Assembly (NCBI GenBank): GCA_963733395.1
Contig: CAVTCZ010000005.1
Span: 232,323 to 296,322, forward strand
Length of the DNA stretch: 64,000 nt
Direction of reading: 5' to 3'
Source: an uncultured Actinomycetota bacterium
Lineage (GTDB): Bacteria; Actinomycetota; Actinomycetes; S36-B12; UBA10799
This document shows positions 26,057 to 35,603 of this stretch, one piece after another. Within the stretch, counting starts at the first letter, position 1. Every line of letters starts with the position of its first letter. The notes beneath the pieces are model-generated. The model saw only the letters and a program-made list of their open reading frames with translations. It made no database searches and was not told the DNA's origin. Made by a program: the position numbers and the translations under genes.

Positions 26057-27878
26057 TCAGGTCGTCAGGTCGTACAGCGTGACCCCGTCGACCGTCACCG
26101 AGTCGAAGTTCTGCTCCACCCAGGTGGTGATCTCCGAACTCGTGCCGCCGCCGGGACCCATGCCGCCGGGGCCACCGGAACTGCCCGCGATGAACCAGTG
26201 GATCTCGCCGTCCGCGACGTACTGCTGGAACTGCTCGAGCGTCGGCGAGGGGTCGCTGCCGTTGAAGCCGCCTATCGCCATCACCGGATCGCCGGTGGCC
26301 AGTTGGTAGCCCGCGGCCGTCTGGCTGCCGATGCCGGCTGCCACCCAGGTGTAGGAGTCGGCGTTCTCGCTCAAGGTCGCGGCCAGCTGCGTGCCCACCT
26401 CAGGGGAGTCCAGTAGGCCCGCCGGGGCCGCCGGGCATGGTCCCCGCGCCCGGCCCGGAACTGGCACCCAGACTCGGGCCGGCCGAGGGTAGGGAGCCAC
26501 TGGTGACCCGGGATGCGGTCTCCAGGCTGAAGGACAGCGGGCCCAGCAGCGTGACTGCGATCAAGGCCGAGGCCAGCGCGGTACGGACCCGCGGTGGGGT
26601 CAGGTCGCCGAGGCCCAAGGTGATGGAACCAGCCACCCCGACGACCAGCACGATCCAACCCAGAACGTCGTAGTCGGCCTTCAGTAGCAGGGTCGCGCCG
26701 TACAGCGCGGAGCCGCCCAGCAGGGCGCCCAGGCCGACGTAGGCCCGGTGCCGCCACAGCAGCGTCACGGCCATCGCGACCAGCGCCCCGATCGCCGGTG
26801 CCAGTGCCACGGCGTAGTACTGGTGGATGATGCCCTGGCTGAAGCTGAAGACGGCCCAGGTCACCAGCAGCCAGCCGCCCCACAGGATCGTCGAGATGCG
26901 GTGCATGCGCTGGGAACTCAGGAACCACGTGATCCCGACGGCCACCAGCGCGGCGGGCAGCAGCCAGGCGATCTGGCCGGCCCAGTCCGCGTCGAACATG
27001 CGGTGCCAGCTCGGCGTGCCCCAGGCGCCGCCGCCCATCGCGCCGCCACCACCCACGCTGCCGGTTTCGTCGCCGGTGATCCGGCCGAGGCCGTTGTAGC
27101 CGAGGATCAACTCCAGCGCGGAGTTGGTCTGCGACCCCCCGATGTACGGCCGGGACGCGGCGGGGACCAGTTCCACGATCGCCAGCCACCAGCCGCCGGA
27201 AACCAGCAGCGCGACGGCCGCGACGGCCAGCATCGCGATCCGCCGGCGGGAGTACACCAGGACCGCCACCACGAAGCCGGGCAGCACCAGGAATGCCTGC
27301 AGGCTCTTGGTGAGGAAGGCGAATCCCACCGCGGCGGCGGCCAGCGCGATCCAGCGCAGCCGTTCCTGCTCGACTGCCCGGGCCACGGCGTAGGTGGCGG
27401 CCACCAGCAGCAGCACCAGCAGCGCGTCCGGGTTGTTGAACCGGAACATCAGCGTGGCCACGGGTGTCGTCGCCAGGATCGCGCCGGCCAGCAGCCCGGC
27501 GGGCTTGCCGAAGTAGCGGGAAACGGCCAGATACAGCAGCCACACAGAAGCGACGCCCATGAGCGCCTGTGGGACCAGGATGCTCCAGGAGTTCAGGCCG
27601 AACAGCCGCACCGACAGCGCCATCACCCAGATGCTCGCCGGCGGTTTGTCCACCGTGATGGAGTTGGCGGCGTCGGAGGAGCCGTAGAAGAACGCCTCCC
27701 AGTTCTGCGAGCCGGCCTGGGCGGCCGCGGAGTAGAAGCTGTTGGCCCATCCGGACAGCCCGTACAGGTACAGCACGGCGGTACCGGCGAGCAGCGCCCA
27801 CAGGGCCGGCCGGGTCCAGTCCCGGCGGGTGGTCGCGGGCGTGGTCTGCACGGCCGGCCGGTCGAGGGTTGCGGTCAT
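26057..27878 (-). pseudogene. GT39/ArnT-like (GT-C) glycosyltransferase with a conserved C-terminal extracytoplasmic domain, one frame change
   Basis: The N-terminal 490 aa (frame of ORF 26400..27899, ATG at 27878 in an ATGA overlap with the upstream gene) form a multi-TM GT-C core. After the Gly/Pro-rich stretch ..MPGGPGG (~26417), the continuation LLDSPEVGTQLAATLSENADSYTWVAAGIGSQTAAGYQLATGDPVMAIGGFNGSDPSPTLEQFQQYVADGEIHWF.. is in the frame of ORF 26057..26500. Confidence 0.75.
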
Positions 27879-29038
27879 GACGATCCTCCAAAGATCCACG
27901 AGCGGAACAGCACGAACCGCACGAGGGTGGCGAACAGGTTGGCGGCGGTCAGCGCGGCGAGTTCGACGCCGGTGCTGATGGTGCTCGGCAGCAGCGCTGC
28001 AGTGGCTGTGGTGATGACCAGCGCGATGCCGAGCACCGCATAACCCTTGGCCTGATGGGTGATCCAGCCGTCACGTCCGGAGATGCCGAACGTGAAGCTG
28101 CGGTTCACCGCGGTGTTCGCGGCGGTGGCCACCAGCAGTGCGGTCACGTTGGCGGCGACCGGGTCGAGCAGGTTGCGGGCGAAGAGGTACAGCAAGGCGT
28201 ACAGGGCCGTGGACGCGATCCCCACGGCGATGAACCGCAGCACTTGCCCCGGACCGCCGGTCTGCGGCACTTCGCTCATCCGGATGCGTCCGCCGGCGAT
28301 CTCCCGGCCCACCCGGGCGATCCCTTTGAGGTCCGCGATCGCGGTGGCAAGGATGGCCACGCGCGAGTCCGGGTCGTCGACCCAGTCCACGGGAACCTCG
28401 TGGATGCGCAGTCCGGTGCGTTCGGCCACGACCAGCAGTTCGGTGTCGAAGAACCACTCCTGGTCCTGGACCTGTTCCAGCAGCGCCGGCAGCCGGTCGG
28501 CTCGCACGGCCTTGAATCCGCACTGCGCATCGGAGAAGTGCGACCGCAGCGTCAGGCGCAGCAGTCGGTTGTAGCTGCGCGAGATGAACTCGCGCTTCTG
28601 CCCCCGGGTCACCCGTGACGAGTTGGTCAAGCGGGTGCCGATGGCGACGTCGGAATGTCCTGAGAGCAGCGGCGCGACCAGCACCGGCAGGGCCGCGAGA
28701 TCCGTGGAGAGATCCACGTCCATGTAGGCCACGACCCGGGCGTTGGCCTGTCCCCACGCCATCCGCAGCGCCCGGCCGCGGCCCTTCTGCTCGAGCCGCA
28801 GGTAGCTCACATCGGTCAGTTCGGCGGTGAGGCCCCGGGCGATCGCTGCGGTGGCGTCGGTGCTGGCGTTGTCGGCGATGACGATGCGGTGGCTCCACGG
28901 CTGCCGGTTCGCGTAGGCGCGCAGCGCCAGGACGCTGGGCCGCAGTGCCCGCTCCTCGTTGTAGACGGGCACCACGATCTCCACATCGACCAGCGCGGTC
29001 GAGACGTCGGTACTGGTGATCTCAAGGGCGGTCATCAC
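27875..29038 (-). CDS. Polyprenyl-phosphate glycosyltransferase (GT2) fused to a GtrA-like membrane domain
   Basis: Intact 387-aa ORF with VVPVYNEE, YMDVDLSTD and DAQCGFKA, then C-terminal TM helices with RFIAVGIASTALYALLYLF..RFVLFRSWIF (GtrA-like). Confidence 0.8.
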   Translation of the reverse strand: MMTALEITSTDVSTALVDVEIVVPVYNEERALRPSVLALRAYANRQPWSHRIVIADNASTDATAAIARGLTAELTDVSYLRLEQKGRGRALRMAWGQANARVVAYMDVDLSTDLAALPVLVAPLLSGHSDVAIGTRLTNSSRVTRGQKREFISRSYNRLLRLTLRSHFSDAQCGFKAVRADRLPALLEQVQDQEWFFDTELLVVAERTGLRIHEVPVDWVDDPDSRVAILATAIADLKGIARVGREIAGGRIRMSEVPQTGGPGQVLRFIAVGIASTALYALLYLFARNLLDPVAANVTALLVATAANTAVNRSFTFGISGRDGWITHQAKGYAVLGIALVITTATAALLPSTISTGVELAALTAANLFATLVRFVLFRSWIFGGSS

Positions 29039-29547
29039 GTGTCCTGGGTGTCCGTGCCGGTGCTGGTGGACGAGGAGTCGTCGACAGCCCCGGCGATGGC
29101 GTCGGCCTGGGCCTGGGTGAGTTCCCCGTTGCTGACGGCCATCTCCAGGAACTGCTGCAGGCCGCTGCCGCCGCCGGGCATCCGGGTCAGGAATTCCTGC
29201 AGCAGATCGGTGTTGACGCTGCCGTCGGTGTTGAACAGCATCGACGACAGGTCCTGGCCCATCGGGCCGTTCTGGCCGGGCACGGTCCCGGTGGTGCCGT
29301 TCTGACCGGCCGTTCCCGGTGGGCCGAACTGGCTGGTCCCGGGGCCGCCGGTCTGTGCGGTGGCCTCATTGGCAGTGAGCCCCCAGACCCCGGCGCCGAC
29401 CGCCAGCAGCGAGGCCGCGACGGTGGTGGCGCCGAGGATGCGCGCCTTCTTGCGTTCCGCGGCGTACATGGTCTGCCATTGGCTGTCCGGCCGCGGCTGG
29501 TTGGCTGCTTGCGGGAACTCGTGCGTGGGGAGGTTCTCTGTGTCCAT
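29035..29547 (-). CDS. Membrane-anchored Gly/Thr/Gln-rich hypothetical protein (first gene of the glycosylation operon)
   Basis: 170-aa ORF with one TM helix (ILGATTVAASLLAVGAGVWGL) and a low-complexity extracytoplasmic part. It has an ATGA overlap with the GT2-GtrA gene. Confidence 0.6.
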   Translation of the reverse strand: MDTENLPTHEFPQAANQPRPDSQWQTMYAAERKKARILGATTVAASLLAVGAGVWGLTANEATAQTGGPGTSQFGPPGTAGQNGTTGTVPGQNGPMGQDLSSMLFNTDGSVNTDLLQEFLTRMPGGGSGLQQFLEMAVSNGELTQAQADAIAGAVDDSSSTSTGTDTQDT

Positions 29548-29751
29548 GCCCCGACCTTCCTGCGGCCACTTCCGAGTTCGGTCGGGCGACGGTGAGAGCA
29601 GGGTGAGAGTTCTGTGACGCCGGACACGGCCGTGTTATCGACCCCACATGGCAAATGTCCGGTTCGCGGTAATTGCCGATGTTGGCCAGCGCCGTGGAGG
29701 GCATCACCTGACTGTCCGGAGCACCCGCAACCGGATGGAAGGAAGACCCTC

Positions 29752-30279
29752 GTGAAGAAGTACCTCGCAGCCGCCGCCCTCACCGCCGCTGCCACCGCCG
29801 CCATCGCCGCACCCGCCGCTGCGGCCGAAGCCCCTGCCGCCGCCGGTCTGGACATCGTCGGCCAGGACATCAACTACACCGCCGCCGCCAAGTCGGAGGG
29901 GATGACCGCTCCGACGCGCAACTACAAGATCTCCGCCCGATACGGGCAAGCCGGATCGATGTGGAGTTCGGGCCGGCACACCGGGCTGGACTTCGCCGCT
30001 CCGGAAGGAACCACCATCGACGCCGCGGACAGCGGCAAGGTCGTCTCCGCGGGTCCGGCCGGCGCCTACGGCAACATGATCGAGATCGCCCACGGGGACG
30101 GGACCCGCACCCGCTACGCCCATCTCTGCGACATCGACGTGAAGCGCGGCGAGAAGGTGACCCGCGGCGAGCACATCGGCGATCTCGGCAACACCGGGAA
30201 CTCCAGCGGACCGCACCTGCACTTCGAGGTCCTCATCGACGGCGACCACGCCGATCCCGAACGGTTCCTCAACCTCTGA
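29752..30279 (+). CDS. Secreted M23-family metallopeptidase
   Basis: The GTG at 29752 follows GGAAGGAAG and gives the signal peptide VKKYLAAAALTAAATAAIAAPAAAA. HTGLDFAAPEGT, GNMIEIAHGDG and GNSSGPHLHFEV (HxxxD/HxH) are present. Confidence 0.8.
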   Translation: MKKYLAAAALTAAATAAIAAPAAAAEAPAAAGLDIVGQDINYTAAAKSEGMTAPTRNYKISARYGQAGSMWSSGRHTGLDFAAPEGTTIDAADSGKVVSAGPAGAYGNMIEIAHGDGTRTRYAHLCDIDVKRGEKVTRGEHIGDLGNTGNSSGPHLHFEVLIDGDHADPERFLNL

Positions 30280-30345
30280 CCTCGGCGGCTCGACCGCCTG
30301 ACGACGCGCCGACCGTTGCTTGAGGGGGACGGTTCGGCGTTCGAG

Positions 30346-30375
30346 GACCCCGGCTCATGAGGGTGAGCCGGGGTC
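30346..30375. terminator. Bidirectional hairpin between the convergent M23 and EEP genes
   Basis: Perfect 12-bp stem gaccccggctca / tgagccggggtc with a 6-nt loop. Confidence 0.5.
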
Positions 30376-30385
30376 TTCATCTGTG

Positions 30386-31573
30386 TCAGGGCCGCACGAC
30401 GGGTAGCGAGAGTGTTGCCCGCACCAGGTTGTGGTCCGAGCCGCGATAGCGGTTGTCGAACGTCCCGTCGCTGTGCAGGGTGAGGAAGACCTCGTGCCGC
30501 AGTGGCGTCACCCCGCCCTTGCCGAGGATGTAGTCGATCCGACTGGCCGAGCGCGTGTATTTGAACGGCTTCGGCGGGAAACCGTCCCAACGTCGCGTGA
30601 GGGGAGTCATGTTGACCGTCGGGAAACGGGCGTTCACGCGTGCGGGCGCTGTGAACGCGTCGACGAAGCCGGCGTCGTACATGACCTGCTGGGCACCCCG
30701 CGGTTGCCGTTGTGCGAACGAGTTCAGGTCGCCCATCAGCACCACCGGGACCGCTGCCAGGCCGAGCTCGGCATTCTGCCGATCGACCCAACCTGCGATC
30801 GCGGCAGCGGTCTTGCGCCGGATGTCCTCGGCAGCGGCGGTCTTCTCGTTGGGCATATGTACGGACACGGCCATGAAGACGGCACCGGTGGCGAGGTCCT
30901 GCAGGTAGGCCCAGGAGACGTTGCGGTCCTGCACCGGGCCCCAGTCCATCCCGCTGAGCTGGCGCTGCGACTCCATCCCGGTGGCGGCGTCGTACGACTC
31001 CACATATCCGAGGTGCTGCTGGCAGTCGTAGGTGTACCAGTCGGCGAAGTCGGGCCCGCGCTTCTTGCGCGGCAGGTTGGGGTCGCTGAGGTAGCGCAGG
31101 CAGGGCGCCGGTGGCACGGGTAATCCGGATGGCTTGCGGACCTCGGCGACGCGCACCCGGTCGGGATCGAAGTACAGATGCGCACCGCGGGTGCACCCCT
31201 GCGTGCAGCCGTCCTCGCCGCTGGTCTGCTGGTAGCCCGCTCGTGCCAGCAGCCCGGTGAGGTCGGCCCATTGGGTCGTGCCCCGCCAGGGCAGTGTCGG
31301 TGCTTCCTGCACGGCCACCACCGCGGGATCGGCTGCCTGGATGTTGTTGACCACCGCCTGCCGCCGTCGCGCCCAGGTGAATCGTCCGCCCTGGCAGTTC
31401 ACCTTGCAGACGTTGTAGGTCGCGACGGTGAGCTGGGCGCGTTCTTGACCGCTGGGCACCGTGTCGGACATGGCGGTACCGGGCGGCGCCATGGCCAGTG
31501 CCAGGGCACCGACTGCGACGCTTCGCAACGCAGGCGTCAGCCATCCCATGTCGTGGATATCGACCTCGGGCAC
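30386..31573 (-). CDS. Secreted endonuclease/exonuclease/phosphatase (EEP) family protein
   Basis: Intact 395-aa ORF with a signal-like N-terminus, LTVATYNV near the start, VVLMGDLNS, and the C-terminal SDHNLV typical of the EEP fold. An alternative start is the ATG at 31549. Confidence 0.75.
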   Translation of the reverse strand: MPEVDIHDMGWLTPALRSVAVGALALAMAPPGTAMSDTVPSGQERAQLTVATYNVCKVNCQGGRFTWARRRQAVVNNIQAADPAVVAVQEAPTLPWRGTTQWADLTGLLARAGYQQTSGEDGCTQGCTRGAHLYFDPDRVRVAEVRKPSGLPVPPAPCLRYLSDPNLPRKKRGPDFADWYTYDCQQHLGYVESYDAATGMESQRQLSGMDWGPVQDRNVSWAYLQDLATGAVFMAVSVHMPNEKTAAAEDIRRKTAAAIAGWVDRQNAELGLAAVPVVLMGDLNSFAQRQPRGAQQVMYDAGFVDAFTAPARVNARFPTVNMTPLTRRWDGFPPKPFKYTRSASRIDYILGKGGVTPLRHEVFLTLHSDGTFDNRYRGSDHNLVRATLSLPVVRP

Positions 31574-31651
31574 TGGGCTCTTGAGGTCGCCGACGGGGAG
31601 ATACCGTGTGCCGCGTGAACCTCACTGCGCCGCCTCACGGTCCTGAGCGCG

Positions 31652-32831
31652 ATGCGGTGGTTCCCGGTCGGACTGGTCGTGCCCGTGCTGGTCCTGCTGC
31701 TCGGCGCCAGGGGGCTGCCGCTCGATCGGGTCGGCCAGATGTTGGCCCTGTACGGGGTGGTCACACTCACCTTGGAGTTGCCCACCGGGGGGCTCGCGGA
31801 CTCCTGGGGGCGCAAGCCCGTCATCCTCTGCTCTGCGCTGCTCAATGCTGCCGGGTTCCTGCTGCTGGCGTTCGTCGGGAACCAGTCGGCGGTCCTTGTG
31901 GCCACTGCGGCACTGGGCGCGGCCCGCGCGCTGTCGTCCGGACCCGTCGAGTCGTGGTTCGTCGACACCATGCACGAGGCAGGGGAGTCGGTGATCGAGC
32001 CGGGCTTGGCCCGCGGCCAGATCGCTGAATCCGTGGCGCTGGGCCTCGGCTCGGTGATCGGCGGTGCCCTGCCGGGAATGTTCCCTGGCCTGCCGCACAC
32101 CGGCCCGGGGTTCATCGCGCTGTCCGTCCCGTTCGCCGCCGCCGCCGTGATGATGCTGGCCTACGGCCTGGCCGCCGTGCTGCTCATGACATCACGGGAG
32201 TCGGGTGACTCGTCGTCTGTGGCCGCCACCGTGGTGGTGGCCGCCCGGCAGGCCGTGGGTGAGCCGCCGGTCCGGCGGGTGATGATCGTGGCGTTGTGCC
32301 TCGGGGTGATGCTCAGCGGCATCGAGTTGCTGGCGCCCAACACGTTCGCCGATCTGCTGGGCGGCGGTCACCCAGGCCTCCGGGCTGTACGGGATCCTGA
32401 CCGCGGCCGCCTTCGCCGTGGCAGCACTCGGGGCCACCGTCAGCACCCGGATACCGGGGAGCCGGACCCGGCTTGCCGGTTGGGCCTACCTGGCCGGCGG
32501 GATCGTCGTGCTGCTGGTCGCGATCCCACTGGTGGGCGTGGCGGCGTTCGCGTTCCTGGGGATGTACTTCACCATCGGCCTGCAGGGGCCGGTGATGGCC
32601 GGGTTGCTGCACGACCGGGTGGGTGCCGCGGTGCGCAGCACGATGATGTCCGTGGAGAGTCTGTCGATGCAGGCCGGCGGGGCGCTGGCGTCCCTGCTGG
32701 TCGGGTCCGTGGCTGCCGGGGTCGGGCTGTCGGCGGGGTTGGGGGTGGTGGCGCTCGCGGGGGTGTTCGCCGCCCTGGTGCTCTGGCGCGACGGGCGTCA
32801 CAGCACGCGCTCTTCCGATGACCCACTGTGA
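31652..32831 (+). pseudogene. MFS transporter, one frame change
   Basis: LELPTGGLADSWGRKPV (the MFS loop 2-3 motif) and TM helices lie in the frame of 31652 up to ..NTFADLLGG (~32366). The continuation VTQASGLYGILTAAAFAVAALGATVSTRIPG..LWRDGRHSTRSSDDPL is in the frame of ORF 32418..32831. Confidence 0.7.
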
Positions 32832-32842
32832 CCAAGATCACC
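32827..32842. promoter_or_regulatory. CRP-type box TGTGA-N6-TCAC upstream of paralog 3
   Basis: TGTGAccaagaTCACc overlaps the MFS stop codon and lies 46 nt upstream of the ATG at 32888. Confidence 0.4.
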
Positions 32843-32887
32843 CGATTTCCGGAACGTCGTAACCCGAAATGTGGGTCACTGGGGAGT

Positions 32888-33421
32888 ATGAACCGCATTC
32901 TCTGCGGGGGGTTCGTCGTTGGTCTTGTCCTTGTGGGGTCGCCCGCAATGGCCGATCCCGATCTTGGCGTGGGTACCGAAGTCGCTGTGGGCTGGTCACA
33001 GGAGCGCCACCAGCAGGTCTCCCGCAGCGATCCGATGCGCCCGATCGGCACCACCCGATCGCCGGAGAAGGCGGTGGCCTATCTCAAGGACCTCGCGGCC
33101 GACGAGGTCAGCGGGTATTGGGGCGCCTGCCTGCGGCTGGCCGACGACGCCTACATGCCCAAGGGGCCGCGCCTCGGTACGGCTTTCGATCAGTGGCGCC
33201 GCTCCAAGGACGCCGGGGTCGCCCATCCCAAGGACGCCTATCCGCCGCTGGGAGCCCAGATGTTCTGGGATCCGGGGCACGCTGCCGGTCACATCGCCAC
33301 CTATGTCGGAGACGGCAAGGCCGTGACGAACATGCCGGACGGCACCGTGCAGATGATCAACTGGCATCGCATGGACGACTGGGGTCCGTACCTGGGGTGG
33401 GCTCCGCCGTACTACAAGTAG
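32888..33421 (+). CDS. Secreted Cys-His putative peptidoglycan amidase, paralog 3
   Basis: The ATG at 32888 follows GGGGAG and gives MNRILCGGFVVGLVLVGSPAMA (signal peptide). Motifs are GYWGACLRLADDAY, PLGAQMFW, AGHIATYVGDGKAVTN and WGPYLGWAPPYYK. Confidence 0.7.
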   Translation: MNRILCGGFVVGLVLVGSPAMADPDLGVGTEVAVGWSQERHQQVSRSDPMRPIGTTRSPEKAVAYLKDLAADEVSGYWGACLRLADDAYMPKGPRLGTAFDQWRRSKDAGVAHPKDAYPPLGAQMFWDPGHAAGHIATYVGDGKAVTNMPDGTVQMINWHRMDDWGPYLGWAPPYYK

Positions 33422-33508
33422 GCCGCCTGTGGATCCCGGGCAGGGGTCGTCCACAGATCGCGGGGCATGACTTCCTTGCGCGACCGCGCCGGGGGTAGGA
33501 CTTGAGGC

Positions 33509-34381
33509 ATGCCCCTGAGTGCCAGCGTCGACGGTGAGTTGTTGTGCGCCCCGCTCACCGATGAGCCGACGTGGTCGGGACTGCGTGGCAAGGACATCGT
33601 CCTGCAACCATGCGGGCATCCGGGTTTCCCCAGGGTCTCCGGCCTGGGCACGAAACACTTCGTGCATGCCCGGGACTGCGGCTGTGTCCATGCCGAGTCC
33701 GCCGAGCACCTGCGGGTCAAGGCCGTGATCGCCGCAGCCGCTGCTGCCGCCGGGTGGTCGGCGGCCACCGAAGTGCCGGGGGAGGGCTACGTCGCGGACG
33801 TCATGGCCGAACGCGGACCGGTGCGGATCGCCTTCGAAGTGCAGAGATCGCGACAGGTGTTGCGCGAGTACGAGCGGCGACAGGCGACGTACGCTGCGGC
33901 CGGGGTGCGCTGCACGTGGCTGGTGGCCGATGTGCCCGCGGGCCATCGCGCCGGGCCGCACTTGCCGATGTTCGTCGTCCGGGACTGGTTGGCCGAGCCC
34001 CGCTGTGTGGTGGCGGGTCGAAGTCTGCCGGTGGCCGACCTCGTGCCGGCGCTGTTGTCCGGTGCCTGTCGCTGGCGCGAGACCGTGTCCGGTCGACGCA
34101 CCACCTATGAAACCTTGCGGCAGGTCTGCCCGATGTGTGGTGCCGGCCGGGAGGTCGAGGTGGCGCGTTGGAGTACCGGAGGTTGCGACTGTGGGCTGCC
34201 GGTGGTGCGACCGGGGCAAGCGATCGTGTGGAACGGTGCCGCGAAATGTTGCGGCTACTGGGGTCCGGCGCTGACGCTCGGCATGCGTACCCGCAGCCGT
34301 GAGTCCAGCGACCCGGTGCCCGCGGGACACTGGTGCCTCAGCCGCGCAGCACCCCGTCGCTCACCAGACGGGCACGAGTGA
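33509..34381 (+). CDS. CoiA-like (PD-(D/E)xK nuclease-fold) protein with a Cys-rich C-terminus
   Basis: 290-aa ORF with GTKHFVHAR..HAESAEHLRVKAVIA..GYVADVMAERGPVRIAFEVQRSRQ, resembling the competence-protein CoiA family core. C-terminal CPMCG..CDCG..KCCG cysteines are present. The assignment is by pattern only. Confidence 0.55.
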   Translation: MPLSASVDGELLCAPLTDEPTWSGLRGKDIVLQPCGHPGFPRVSGLGTKHFVHARDCGCVHAESAEHLRVKAVIAAAAAAAGWSAATEVPGEGYVADVMAERGPVRIAFEVQRSRQVLREYERRQATYAAAGVRCTWLVADVPAGHRAGPHLPMFVVRDWLAEPRCVVAGRSLPVADLVPALLSGACRWRETVSGRRTTYETLRQVCPMCGAGREVEVARWSTGGCDCGLPVVRPGQAIVWNGAAKCCGYWGPALTLGMRTRSRESSDPVPAGHWCLSRAAPRRSPDGHE

Positions 34382-35270
34382 GGGTGTCGATGGCGCCGCT
34401 GGGCGTGAGGTCGTTCTTGCGCTGGTAGCCCAGCACGGCCCGCATCGTGACGGGGCCGAAGAACCCGTTGGCGTCCGGCACCCCGAGCGCCTTCTGGGCT
34501 GCGAGCACCTCCTTCGACTGACTGCCGCGCCACAGCAACTTGCCGGGTTTCGAGGAGGTCCGGGTCAACGGCGGCGGGTAGCTGCAGGGTCGGGGGTTGG
34601 GGTTCGTCCGGGTGTGGATCGCCGCAGGTTCGCCCTGGAACGGCCGGCACGGGCCGTAGTCCTCGGGGGCTGCCGTCCCGTCCCAGAAGCTCGTCTTCCC
34701 GAATGCCCCGGCCCACGAGAAGGAGAAGTGGACATGGTCCGTGTGCGGATTGGAGTTGTTCAACTTCCGCCAGCCGTCGGCCGCCCGGTAGGCGCCCCAG
34801 ATGCGCCGGTTGTAGCCGATGTACATGATCCCCAACCGCCGTGCCCAGTAGGCCTGCTGGCCGTCGGGGCCCTTCGCCATGAGCCAGTTGATGAGGTCGG
34901 TGGCTGCGGCGAAGGCCTTCGGGTCGTTGACATCGGCGTGCCAGTCCCAGGCCCGGCCGTCGAGGTGCTCGCTGATGCCGTCATCGGTGCAGTTGCGCAG
35001 CGACCCCCAGTCGGAGGTGGCCGGGTAGGTCTTGATCACGAGGTCCCGGAACTGCTCGATCCCCTTGCGCCAGCGCGGGTCGCAACTGGCCTGCGGCACG
35101 TAGGCCGCGAAGCCCTCGACCCGTCCTGCGGGTTTGGCGTACTGGCCCAGCCCGCTGCCGCTGACCACGGGGACGGGCAGATGTTGCGGCTCGGCGGACG
35201 TGGGCAGCGTCGCCAGCAGGGGTGCTGCGGCCAAGCAACACAGAGCGGCGACGATCGCTGGTTTGCTCAC
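34338..35270 (-). CDS. Secreted protein with a C-terminal peptidoglycan-binding (PG_binding_1-like) domain; putative wall hydrolase
   Basis: The signal peptide is MSKPAIVAALCCLAAAPLLATLPTSA. A conserved HTDHVHFSFSW motif is present. The C-terminal LAAQKALGVPDANGFFGPVTMRAVLGYQRKNDLTPSGAID is typical of PG-binding repeats. Confidence 0.7.
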   Translation of the reverse strand: MSKPAIVAALCCLAAAPLLATLPTSAEPQHLPVPVVSGSGLGQYAKPAGRVEGFAAYVPQASCDPRWRKGIEQFRDLVIKTYPATSDWGSLRNCTDDGISEHLDGRAWDWHADVNDPKAFAAATDLINWLMAKGPDGQQAYWARRLGIMYIGYNRRIWGAYRAADGWRKLNNSNPHTDHVHFSFSWAGAFGKTSFWDGTAAPEDYGPCRPFQGEPAAIHTRTNPNPRPCSYPPPLTRTSSKPGKLLWRGSQSKEVLAAQKALGVPDANGFFGPVTMRAVLGYQRKNDLTPSGAIDTLTRARLVSDGVLRG

Positions 35271-35603
35271 GCACCCTCCTTCGGCAGACAGCGGGCAAGA
35301 CCTTACCGGTCACGGGGGGTGTTGCGCCAAACGCGCAGTGCGATCACCACGGGACAGGGACCGCCGGCGCCGCCCTCAGCCGGCCGTTGCCGGGGGCCGT
35401 GGGTCGCCCTCGCCGCGAGCTCCGACCCGCCGCCGCGCAATGTCGCACCTGGGGTTACACCCGCGTTAACACTGCCCGCAGCCCTACCCCCGGGAGTGCG
35501 TCGGGATGGGTGGCATGGCACAGTTGTCGGACTAGGCATCGCGCAGCCAATCGGCGCCGAAACCGCGCCGTCCTAGTCGATCGCGCGGATACGGAGTGCA
35601 CTG

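Noticed and set aside
29560-29751. Long 5' leader of the M23 peptidase gene as a cyclic-di-AMP (ydaO-type) riboswitch, which often precedes actinobacterial wall hydrolases
   Set aside because: I could not find the paired conserved ACGGGG/CCCA and GAAUC-type elements by eye. A covariance-model search (Rfam RF00379) would be needed before any claim.
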